A DNA stretch of 63,838 nucleotides, the filler included. It is 7 parts of 7 records of this genome, joined end to end, with 100 filler letters (N's around TTAATTAATTAA, not from the genome) between each part and the next. Parts side by side here need not be neighbours in the genome. Positions count along the whole stretch, not along the records: positions 1 to 8,501 come from SRR20825006_2586; 6 more parts are not named here. One strand, given 5' to 3'. The notes beneath the pieces are model-generated. The model was not told the DNA's origin. It ran no database searches and saw only the letters and a list, made by a program, of their open reading frames with translations. Made by a program: the position numbers and the translations under genes. How positions within the stretch are numbered: the stretch's first letter is position 1; each line of letters starts with the position of its first letter. Of the stretch, positions 1 through 8,601 are shown in pieces.

Positions 1-2
1 TC

Positions 3-395
3 GGCCAGCCGGAAGTCCGCGTCGGCATCATGCCGGGTGCTGGCGGCACCCAGCGCCTGACCCGCGCCGTCGGCAAGTTCCAGGCCATGCGACTCTGCCT
101 CACCGGCCGCCCGATCGACGGCAAGGAAGCCTTCGCTATCGGCATTGCCAGCCAGGTGGTGCCGGACGCCGAAGTGTTCGAGACCGCCTACAAGATGGCG
201 AAGGATATCAGCCGGATGCCGCCAATTGCGGTACAGCAGATCAAGTCCGCCATCATCCGCGGCCAGGACGCGTCGCTGGAAACCGGTATGGCGCTGGAGC
301 GGGCCATGTTCCAGGGCCTGTTCGCCACCGCCGACCAGAGCGAGGGCATGCATGCCTTCGTCGAAAAACGGCGCCCCACCTTCAAGGGCGAATAA
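3..395 (+). CDS. Enoyl-CoA hydratase/isomerase family protein (5'-truncated)
   Basis: GQPEVRVGIMPGAGGTQRL crotonase motif; C-terminal DQSEGMHAFVEKRRPTFKG. Confidence 0.93.
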   Translation, partial: GQPEVRVGIMPGAGGTQRLTRAVGKFQAMRLCLTGRPIDGKEAFAIGIASQVVPDAEVFETAYKMAKDISRMPPIAVQQIKSAIIRGQDASLETGMALERAMFQGLFATADQSEGMHAFVEKRRPTFKGE

Positions 396-432
396 CACTC
401 ATTGAGGAGCGGCGGGCGGCGGCACCGGGAGG

Positions 433-2895
433 TTAAGTGCCACCATCCGCCGATCCCCACGCCACGCCAAGGAGATCCCTGAGGCGTGTACCCTTGATCA
501 TATCCTTTCCGATGGCATTTCCCAACTCGCGGTAAGCTTCGAATTGGGCCGGATCGAAGAACTGGTCGGATGTCGGCTCATGCGGGAAAGTGGGGTGATC
601 CGCCTTGTATCCCCGGGTCTCCAGGCTGAGGCCGTCGATCATGGTGGCTTTCACATAGATGATGATTCCGGTCTCCTTGCCCGCCCCGGCTTCGGCTTCC
701 GGGTACGTCACCGTGCCGATGATGTAGCCATGATCGGCACGCCATGCTTCGACCGGGAAGCCCGTGGGGCGCTGCGCGACAAGGCTGGAAAGACGGTTGC
801 GCCAATGATCGTAACCGTCATCCTGCTCAGACGGTGCTGCCTTGCCCGTCTGCGCGTCATAGGCCTCGCGGCTCCAGAACGGACGGCCGAAATCCACTTC
901 CACGCCGAAATCCTGACTGATTTTCCGGACCGTGTTCTGCACATCGCCAAAGCCGAAGGCCGGGTCGGCACCGGCGTCGGAGATCAGGATCAGCTTGCAG
1001 CGCCGGCGCACGAGCTCATAGATCGCCAGATTCTCGAAATGCCCGCCATCGCTGAGCTGGAACCATTTTCCCTGGCTGTCAAACGCCGAGGGACTGAGTT
1101 CCACCATCATATTGTCGAAATGGTTCGGCTTTCCGGCAAGCGGCGCCAACGTGTTACAGGCCGCATTCCGCACCGTATAGCCCAGCCGGATGTTCAGCAG
1201 GTTCATCAGCCAGGAAACCGCGCGCTTCCGCGTCTGGCCCGTTCCCGCCCACCCGGAATTCGGATGCGCGGCGGCCCCGGAGATCGTCATCGCGGTCGCA
1301 AGCGTCATGTCCCCGCCAGAGAAATCCCCGGTCGGATGAAACCCGCCCGCATCCCCGCCGCAGTAAATCCGCGACATGACGAAATTGTCACCGCCGCGGC
1401 GGCGGAACAGCACGTCATCCGAGTCCACCAGGATCAGGTTTGTGTTCACGAGATGGTAATTCGGAAGACTGCCCGGATCGCAGAGATCACGCAGTTGCGC
1501 CTCATTCGCCCCGGGAGCGGGCCTGACCTGATTGCCGTCGATTGCCGACTGCATCGGCATGAAAGCCTCCATCAGGCGGTCCCGGTAGAAGCGGTGAATG
1601 GATATGTAGTTGGTGTTGACCACATATCCCGTCAGCAGCGCCAGAAGGACAAAACAGGCAAAGACAATATCGCCCGGCTGCTCCAGATTCCCTCCCTCGC
1701 GAATAACGATAGCGATGCCGCAGGTCAGGATCAGACTGCCAACAAGAAGCAGGACGGCAATGGCTGGCAGGAGGATGCCCTGAACAATCGGATTCTCGGA
1801 CTTCCGGGCCGCGGCAAGACCGGTTCCAATGCCGGTCAGCATCGTCCCGGCCCCCGCACTGCCAAAACTCCCGATTGAGCCGAAAAAGAACGCGGCTGCA
1901 TAAGGCAGCACGCCAACACCGATGAAAAACAGGCCGCATGGGAGAAAATACTTCCCCGTGACCTCGAACCAGCGCCGGCTCCGGTAGGAAAACCGCACGA
2001 AGGCGCCTTCTCCGCCAACAGCCGACGCAAGCGAAAAGGCAATCGAAAGCAGGGAGAATACGAGCAGCAGAAAGGCCCCGGCCATAACCAGAATTTCATG
2101 CAGGTTGAGATAGCCCGGTTCAAGCAGCTCCCGGATACGCGGAGGCCCGCTTTCATGCGTGCTCAGGTTCATGACCAGCGAAAGGAGATCCGTCCACCCC
2201 TCCACCCGCCAGCCAAGCTGCAGGATCACGAACAGAAGCGTGAAGAGAGGAACCCAGACCAGCAGGTTGAGGAAGATGCCCCGAACCACCACCGCAAGGC
2301 CGGAGAGAATTGAGATATCCTTGTTCGGTGCCAGATATTCCGCATGCTCCCTGAGATAGCGGAGCATGCCTTTCCAGTGCCTTGGGTCGGAGCGATCCTT
2401 CGGCTCCGCCGTGCCGTAGGGAAAGTTGTGGCGGTCCAGCCCGTACTGCCCCCCACCCTTTTCCCTGAACTTTTCGCTCAGCAACCAGGTCAGGGAGGCG
2501 CCAATATAGCCGCCACCGGATACGGTCGAGAGATAGTCGAAATGTTTGAGAAGGTTTTCGCGCGCCAAAGACTGCAACAGGCCGAGCGCAAAAGTAGCAG
2601 AGCGCACGCCGCCACCGGAAATAGCCAGCCCCGTCCGGCTCCCCTCCAGATCCTGAATTGAGGTCGCGGCATCATAGTGCGGGGGCGCCGCCTCACCCGG
2701 GTAATCCGGCTGCTCCTCGCTCCAGAAATCCTGTCTGGAAAATTTCTCCGCCCCGGACACATCGCCGACATCCTTGCGCCGTGCGTCCAGGAGGGCGCTC
2801 TCCTGAGCGTAGATCGCGTTGTTGCGGAAGTTCTCGCCACGCATCTCGTCCTTTGTGCGCGACAGGATTGGATCGAAGCTCTTTTCCGACGTCAT
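433..2895 (-). CDS. Patatin/cPLA2-like phospholipase with internal multi-TM domain
   Basis: GLAISGGGVRSA oxyanion motif, DYLSTVSGGGY nucleophile, LSDGGHFENL Asp motif; several hydrophobic helices in between; GGAGGG RBS before ATG at 2895. Confidence 0.8.
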   Translation of the reverse strand: MTSEKSFDPILSRTKDEMRGENFRNNAIYAQESALLDARRKDVGDVSGAEKFSRQDFWSEEQPDYPGEAAPPHYDAATSIQDLEGSRTGLAISGGGVRSATFALGLLQSLARENLLKHFDYLSTVSGGGYIGASLTWLLSEKFREKGGGQYGLDRHNFPYGTAEPKDRSDPRHWKGMLRYLREHAEYLAPNKDISILSGLAVVVRGIFLNLLVWVPLFTLLFVILQLGWRVEGWTDLLSLVMNLSTHESGPPRIRELLEPGYLNLHEILVMAGAFLLLVFSLLSIAFSLASAVGGEGAFVRFSYRSRRWFEVTGKYFLPCGLFFIGVGVLPYAAAFFFGSIGSFGSAGAGTMLTGIGTGLAAARKSENPIVQGILLPAIAVLLLVGSLILTCGIAIVIREGGNLEQPGDIVFACFVLLALLTGYVVNTNYISIHRFYRDRLMEAFMPMQSAIDGNQVRPAPGANEAQLRDLCDPGSLPNYHLVNTNLILVDSDDVLFRRRGGDNFVMSRIYCGGDAGGFHPTGDFSGGDMTLATAMTISGAAAHPNSGWAGTGQTRKRAVSWLMNLLNIRLGYTVRNAACNTLAPLAGKPNHFDNMMVELSPSAFDSQGKWFQLSDGGHFENLAIYELVRRRCKLILISDAGADPAFGFGDVQNTVRKISQDFGVEVDFGRPFWSREAYDAQTGKAAPSEQDDGYDHWRNRLSSLVAQRPTGFPVEAWRADHGYIIGTVTYPEAEAGAGKETGIIIYVKATMIDGLSLETRGYKADHPTFPHEPTSDQFFDPAQFEAYRELGNAIGKDMIKGTRLRDLLGVAWGSADGGT

Positions 2896-2985
2896 GGCGC
2901 CCTCCATCAAGCATCTTCATGATGGAGGAGAATAAAGGTTTACGCAACTTATACGGGATTAAAAGTTAAAGACACCTACATCATT

Positions 2986-3990
2986 CTAAATTTTTACGAC
3001 CAGCTTTCCGAAATGCCCGGCGGCCCGCATGGCGTGGAAGGCATCCCGCGCATCCCCGAACACGAACGTATCGCTGATCACCGGTTTCAGAGCGTGCTGC
3101 GAGATGGCAGTATTCATTTCCTCGAACATCCGGCGCGAGCCGACATAGATGCCCTGCAGCCGGATCGATTTGCGCATGATCATGACCGGATCGATCTTGC
3201 CGCCGGTCAGAACCCCGATCAGGCCGATGCTCCCGGCTATCCGGGTTGAGGCGATCGACCGCTCCAGCGTGCCCGCACCGCCGACCTCGACCGTGTGATC
3301 CACGCCATTGCCGTCCGTCAGCTCAAGAACCTTTTCCTGCCATTCCGGATGGCTGCGGTAATTCACCGTCTCATCCGCGCCCATTTCCTTCAGGCGGGCG
3401 ATCTTCTCGTCGCTGGAGGAGGTGCAGATGGCCCGGATGCCCATCATCTTGCAGAACTGGAGTGCAAAGACCGAGACACCGCCCGTGCCGAGCAACAGCA
3501 CGGTGGAGCCCGCCTTGACCTGCCCCACTTCCACGAGACTGTGCCAGGCAGTCAGCGCGGCACAGGGCAGCGTCGAGGCTTCCTCGTAGCTGAGGTGATC
3601 CGGCATGGGGACCAGACCGTCCTGCCGCAGCACGCGATACTCGGCGAGCATCCCGTCAATAGTGCCGCCAAGCGCCTGCGCCGCCCATTCAGGCGTCGTG
3701 TGGCCGTCGAGCCAGCCCTGAAAGAAACAGCCGCAGACCTTGTCGCCGGCCTTCCAACGGGTCACGCCCGGGCCAACTTCGACCACATCGCCTGCCCCGT
3801 CCGAATTCGGAATGCGCGGATAGGGAATGCCCCGGGGCACCGGCGCCTCAACCGTCGAGAGATCCCGATAATTGATGGAGGAGGCCCGCACCCGGACCAG
3901 AACTTCGCCCGGCCCCGGCTTCGGGTCCGGGCGTTCGTTCAGGGCAAGAGCGTCAACGCCGCCATCAGAGACGATTTCATAGGCTTTCAT
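2986..3990 (-). CDS. NAD(P)-dependent alcohol dehydrogenase (MDR, zinc-free type)
   Basis: ASSINYRD, NSDGAGDV, LLGTGGVS, GHFGKLV motifs. Confidence 0.9.
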   Translation of the reverse strand: MKAYEIVSDGGVDALALNERPDPKPGPGEVLVRVRASSINYRDLSTVEAPVPRGIPYPRIPNSDGAGDVVEVGPGVTRWKAGDKVCGCFFQGWLDGHTTPEWAAQALGGTIDGMLAEYRVLRQDGLVPMPDHLSYEEASTLPCAALTAWHSLVEVGQVKAGSTVLLLGTGGVSVFALQFCKMMGIRAICTSSSDEKIARLKEMGADETVNYRSHPEWQEKVLELTDGNGVDHTVEVGGAGTLERSIASTRIAGSIGLIGVLTGGKIDPVMIMRKSIRLQGIYVGSRRMFEEMNTAISQHALKPVISDTFVFGDARDAFHAMRAAGHFGKLVVKI

Positions 3991-4017
3991 GGCAGCAACC
4001 TCCGCTTGGTATCAGGA

Positions 4018-4779
4018 TCAGGCGCCAAACCGGCCGCAATCGACCAGCAGAGTCTGGCCGGTCACGGCGCCGTTGGCGCAGAAGAACAGCATGGTCTCGG
4101 CAATATCCTCCGGCTCAACCATCCGGCCCAGCAGGGAATTGGCGACCGAAGTGTTCTTGCGCTCTTCGGGCCAGCCATCCGTCCAGGGCGTCCGCACCAG
4201 GCCGGGCGCGACCGCGTTCACCCGTACTTCGGGAGACATCGCCTTCGCAAGGTTCTTCGTCAGGTTCATCAACCCCGCCTTCGATGCCGCATAGGCAATC
4301 GAGCTGCCGATGCCGCCGAAGGCCGCGATGGAGGCCGTGTTGACGATACAGCCCCGGCTGTCGGTCAAAGCCGCGCGGGCGGCGCGGGCACACCGGAACG
4401 GGCCGATCAGGTTGGTGTTGATGATGGTGGACCAGAACTCCTCCGTCATCGCATCCATGTCCTCGAACGGGATCGGATCGAGCGACACCGGCGTGCCGGC
4501 ATTGTTGATCAGGATATCGAGCCCGCCGAGCGTCTCGATGGCATCCGCCACCATGCGGTCCGCGTCTTTCGGATCCGCCACGTTGCCGGGAATGGCATGC
4601 GCCTTGTTGCCTGCCTGGTGAAACGCGGCGACGGTCTCTTTGCCGCGCGGATCGTCGGGCAGGTGGTTCACCGCGACTTCCGCGCCGCATTCCGCCAGCA
4701 GGCGGGCCGTCGCCCGCCCGATGCCGGACGCACCGCCGGTAACCAGCGCCTTCTTGCCGCTGAGATCAGCTTTCAACAT
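4018..4779 (-). CDS. Short-chain dehydrogenase/reductase
   Basis: TGGASGIG, NNAG, YAASK; start trimmed to MLKADLSG at 4779. Confidence 0.92.
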   Translation of the reverse strand: MLKADLSGKKALVTGGASGIGRATARLLAECGAEVAVNHLPDDPRGKETVAAFHQAGNKAHAIPGNVADPKDADRMVADAIETLGGLDILINNAGTPVSLDPIPFEDMDAMTEEFWSTIINTNLIGPFRCARAARAALTDSRGCIVNTASIAAFGGIGSSIAYAASKAGLMNLTKNLAKAMSPEVRVNAVAPGLVRTPWTDGWPEERKNTSVANSLLGRMVEPEDIAETMLFFCANGAVTGQTLLVDCGRFGA

Positions 4780-4793
4780 GTCTATTCCAATTC

Positions 4794-5681
4794 TCAGTCG
4801 TTGCGCCGGACAAGACCAAAGGCCGTGCGGGCCTCGCTCGGATCCGCGACCTCGCCACCGATGCTCTCGATGATCTGCACCGCGCGTTCGACAAGCTGCG
4901 CATTGCTTTTCGCCAACTCGCCCCGGGCCATATAGAGATTGTCTTCCAGCCCGACACGGGTGTGCCCGCCAAGCATGGTCGCCTGGGCCACCATCGGGAA
5001 CTCGCCACGGGAAATGCCGAAGGCGGACCACATCGCATCTTCCGGCAGCAGGCTCTTCATAAAGGCCATGCCTTCCGGCGTTGCCGGTGCGCCCCACGGA
5101 ATACCGAGGCAAAGCTGGAACAGGGCGGGCGATTTCAGATGGCCTTCCTTGATCAGCTGCTTCGCCAGCAACACGTGGCCGCTGTCGAACACTTCCAGCT
5201 CCGGCGTGACGCCCAGCTCTTTCGCCCGGTCGGCCATGGCGCGTAGATGCTTCGGCACGTTGACCATCGCATGCTCGCCGAAATTCAGCGTCGCCACATC
5301 CAGCGTGCAGATATCCGGCAGCAGGTCGGCAATGTGCTGCATCCGGGTTTCCGGCGCCTTCAGGCTGGTGCCCGCGGCGAAATCGATCGGCTCGACATCG
5401 CCCGGAATGAAGCGGCCGCCAGGGCCGGTCGTCAGATTGATGACGATATCGGAGCCGGTCTCGCGAATACGGCCCACAGTCTCCCGGTACAGCTCCAGAT
5501 CCATGCTCGCTTTTCCGGTCTCCGGATCGCGCACATGGATATGAACCACGGCAGCACCCGCCTTGCCCGCATCAAGCGCGGACTGGGCGATCTGTTTTGG
5601 TGTCACGGGCACGGCCGGGCTCTTGCCGCTGGTATCGGCGCTTCCGGTCACGGCACAGGTAATTACGGTCTTCTGATTCAT
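4794..5681 (-). CDS. 3-keto-5-aminohexanoate cleavage (BKACE) family enzyme
   Basis: ITCAVTG, HIHVRDP, RVGLEDN motifs. Confidence 0.92.
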   Translation of the reverse strand: MNQKTVITCAVTGSADTSGKSPAVPVTPKQIAQSALDAGKAGAAVVHIHVRDPETGKASMDLELYRETVGRIRETGSDIVINLTTGPGGRFIPGDVEPIDFAAGTSLKAPETRMQHIADLLPDICTLDVATLNFGEHAMVNVPKHLRAMADRAKELGVTPELEVFDSGHVLLAKQLIKEGHLKSPALFQLCLGIPWGAPATPEGMAFMKSLLPEDAMWSAFGISRGEFPMVAQATMLGGHTRVGLEDNLYMARGELAKSNAQLVERAVQIIESIGGEVADPSEARTAFGLVRRND

Positions 5682-5868
5682 TTCACTCCCCAGTATCCTG
5701 CGCCGTCTGGTTACTCGTTCCGAATTGTGGAAAGATGTTCCACGGCGCTTGTCTCAACTCGCGCCGCATCTTAGGGAAGCCCTGTTTCCGGTGTCCACGC
5801 CGGTTCCTGCACAGATTGCCGCCTGCCCGCGCATGAATGCGCCTTTCAGACCTGATAGAGCCAAAGCA

Positions 5869-7452
5869 ATGAGAAATTTCCAACTCCCCGGACGTTCCCC
5901 CGTTTTTGCCCGCAGAGCGGCGATTGCCACCAGCCACCCGCTGGCCACCCAGGCAGGTCTCTCGATCCTGAAATCCGGCGGTAACGCCGTGGATGCGGCC
6001 ATCACAGCCTGCGCCGTGATGTGCGTGGTCGAGCCCGCCATGACCGGCATCGGTGGCGACTGTTTCGCCCTCTACGCCCCGAAAGGCGCCAGCAAGCCGA
6101 TTGCCCTGAACGGCTCCGGCAAGGCCCCTGCCGCCGCCACTCTTGCCAAGCTGAACGAGCTTGGTTTGAAGGATGAAATCCCGCTGCACAGCCCGCACGC
6201 GGTGACGGTGCCCGGTGCGATCGCCGCATGGGCCAAGCTGATCGAGGACCACGGCTCTAAAAACTTCGCCGAGATCCTGCAGCCCGCCATCGAGTTCGCC
6301 GAACAAGGCTATGTCGTGCATCCGCGCGTTGCCCATGACTGGGTGAATGAAGTGGAAGCGCTCGCCGCCGATCCGGCAAGCGCCAAGAACATGCTGATGG
6401 ACGGCAAGGCGCCGAAGGCCGGCACGATCCATAGCCAGCCGCTTCTGGCCGAGACCCTGAAGAAAATCGCCGCCGGTGGCCGCGACGCTTTCTACACGGG
6501 CGAAGTCGCCGAAGACATGGTGGCCAAGCTGAACTCCCTCGGCGGTCTGCACACGATGGAAGATTTCGCCGCGGCCGATGTCGAATATGTCGAGCCGATC
6601 CGGACCGACTACAAAGGCTACGATATCTATGAGATCCCGCCGAATGGGCAGGGCATCTGCGCTCTGATGATCCTGAACATCCTCGCCGGGTTCGACATGA
6701 AGTCTCTCAGCGAGGCGGACCGGGTGCATGTGATCGCGGAAGCCACCAAGATCGGCTATCACCAGCGCGACCGCTATGTCGCCGACCAGAAATTTTCCGA
6801 CGTGCCGGTCGAATGGATGCTCGGCGAGGAGCATACCGCCCAGATGCGGGCCATGGTCGACATGGACAAGGCTGGTAATTTCGAAGACAGCGACTTCCCG
6901 TTGCATCGTGACACTATTTATCTCTCCTGCATCGACGAGCAGGGCAACGCGATTTCCTTCATCAATTCGCTGTTCTCCGGCTTCGGCAGCACCATCATGG
7001 CACCGAAATCCGGCGTCATGCTGCACAGCCGCGGCAACAGCTTCCACCTGAAGGAAGGCCACCCGAACTGCATCGAGCCGCGCAAGCGCCCGATGCACAC
7101 CATCATCCCGGGTTTCGTCTACAAGAACGGTACCGCCGTGGCCCCATTCGGCGTCATGGGCGGCCAGTACCAGTCCACCGGTCAAGCCAACTTCATCTCC
7201 AACGTGGTCGATCTCGGCCACGACATCCAGGAAGCCATGGATGCCCCGCGCAGCTTCGCCACCGAAGGCGTCCTGCAGGTCGAGAGCGAATTCGCGCCGG
7301 AGACCTATACAGCGCTGGAAGCCAAGGGCCACAAGCTCGAGCGGCAGGACAAGGCGACCGGCGGCAGCCAGTGCGTCTGGCGCGATCCGGAAACCGGCGT
7401 GCTTCAGGCCGGCTCCGATCCGCGCAAGGATGGCATGGCCATCGGCTACTAA
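5869..7452 (+). CDS. ggt: Gamma-glutamyltransferase family (Ntn hydrolase)
   Basis: GGNAVDAA, GIGGDCF, DTIYLS nucleophile Thr, KRPMHTIIP, GVMGG, SDPRKDG. Confidence 0.9.
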   Translation: MRNFQLPGRSPVFARRAAIATSHPLATQAGLSILKSGGNAVDAAITACAVMCVVEPAMTGIGGDCFALYAPKGASKPIALNGSGKAPAAATLAKLNELGLKDEIPLHSPHAVTVPGAIAAWAKLIEDHGSKNFAEILQPAIEFAEQGYVVHPRVAHDWVNEVEALAADPASAKNMLMDGKAPKAGTIHSQPLLAETLKKIAAGGRDAFYTGEVAEDMVAKLNSLGGLHTMEDFAAADVEYVEPIRTDYKGYDIYEIPPNGQGICALMILNILAGFDMKSLSEADRVHVIAEATKIGYHQRDRYVADQKFSDVPVEWMLGEEHTAQMRAMVDMDKAGNFEDSDFPLHRDTIYLSCIDEQGNAISFINSLFSGFGSTIMAPKSGVMLHSRGNSFHLKEGHPNCIEPRKRPMHTIIPGFVYKNGTAVAPFGVMGGQYQSTGQANFISNVVDLGHDIQEAMDAPRSFATEGVLQVESEFAPETYTALEAKGHKLERQDKATGGSQCVWRDPETGVLQAGSDPRKDGMAIGY

Positions 7453-7488
7453 GAGCGCTTACAGAAGAACAGAAAGCCCAGAAGACTA

Positions 7489-8454
7489 ATGAGCAAGAGC
7501 TACAACATCGTCGTCATCGGCCTCGGAATCATGGGCCGCCGCATGATCCAGTACATGATCCCGCATGACCGTTTCACGGTTATGGGGGCCTGGGATCCGA
7601 GCGCCGAGTCCGTCGCCACCGCCAGAGCCGAATTCCCGGACGTGAAAATCTGGGACAGCGCCGAAGCCATGATCGCCGCACCGGAAGCCGATCTCGTCTA
7701 TATCGCCAGTCCGCCTGCCTTCCATAAGCATTATGCCGATCTCGCCATGGATGCCGGCAAGCCGGTCTATTGCGAGAAGCCGCTCGGCATCTCCGTGCCG
7801 GAGAGCGAGGAGATGGTCCGCCGCCTGGAAGAGACCAAGACACCGAACATCGTCAACTTCTCCCAGGCTTCCCTCGAGGGTGTGGAAATCATCGAAGCCG
7901 CGATCAAAGACGGCTCAATGGGCGACATCGTCAGCGCCGAGCTGGTGATGCATTTCTCCCAATGGCCGCGCGACTGGCAGGCCGACGCCGAGTGGCTGCG
8001 TTTCCGCGACCAGGGCGGCTACACCCGCGAAGTCACCTCGCACTATCTATACGTGACAGAACGCTTCCTCGGCCGGGCCAAGCTGCTCTGGAGCAAGCCG
8101 ACCTATCAGGCCGACCCGAAGCTCTGCGAGACCCATGTCCATGCCATGCTGGACTGCAGCGGCGTTCCGGTAAGCTACAGCGCCGCTGTCGGCGGTGTCG
8201 GTCCCGACCGGATCGAGGGCACCTTCTACGGCACGAAGAAGAGCATGCGCCTCAGCGGGTTCTACATTCTGGAACAGACCAGTGGCGGCCCGTGGGAGCT
8301 GGGTATGGAACTGCCGGCCGATCCGCGTTCGGTCTCCGTGCCCCGGCAGATCGACAATGTCGCGCGCTGGATGGATGGCGGCAAACACACCATGCCCTCC
8401 GCCGCCGATGCACTCTCGGTGCAGAAGCTGGTCGAAGGCATTCTGGCTGACTGA
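7489..8454 (+). CDS. Gfo/Idh/MocA family oxidoreductase
   Basis: GLGIMG Rossmann motif; GKPVYCEKPL. Confidence 0.9.
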   Translation: MSKSYNIVVIGLGIMGRRMIQYMIPHDRFTVMGAWDPSAESVATARAEFPDVKIWDSAEAMIAAPEADLVYIASPPAFHKHYADLAMDAGKPVYCEKPLGISVPESEEMVRRLEETKTPNIVNFSQASLEGVEIIEAAIKDGSMGDIVSAELVMHFSQWPRDWQADAEWLRFRDQGGYTREVTSHYLYVTERFLGRAKLLWSKPTYQADPKLCETHVHAMLDCSGVPVSYSAAVGGVGPDRIEGTFYGTKKSMRLSGFYILEQTSGGPWELGMELPADPRSVSVPRQIDNVARWMDGGKHTMPSAADALSVQKLVEGILAD

Positions 8455-8473
8455 GCCGAACACCTATTTAAAG

Positions 8474-8501
8474 CCGTCATTCCGGCCGGAGAGCCGGGAC
8501 C
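8474..8501. repeat. Alphaproteobacterial REP-like palindromic repeat (truncated at contig end)
   Basis: CCGTCATTCCGGCC-GGAG-AGCCGGGACC resembles the GTCAT(T/C)CC...GG-A-(T/C)CC intergenic repeat class; the contig breaks inside it. Confidence 0.55.
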
Positions 8502-8601
8502 NNNNNNNNNNNNNNNNNNNNNNNNNNNNNNNNNNNNNNNNNNNNTTAATTAATTAANNNNNNNNNNNNNNNNNNNNNNNNNNNNNNNNNNNNNNNNNNN
8601 N
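8502..8601. other. Artificial contig spacer
   Basis: N44-TTAATTAATTAA-N44 (stop codons in all six frames). Confidence 0.99.

Noticed and set aside
433-2895. Patatin protein as a CBASS CapV effector
   Set aside because: No CD-NTase or other defence gene is adjacent, and the size and TM architecture differ from CapV.
8546-8557. Recurrent TTAATTAATTAA motif and ORFs ending in X...LIN
   Set aside because: Artificial linker within N spacers; ORF ends that run into it are artefacts.
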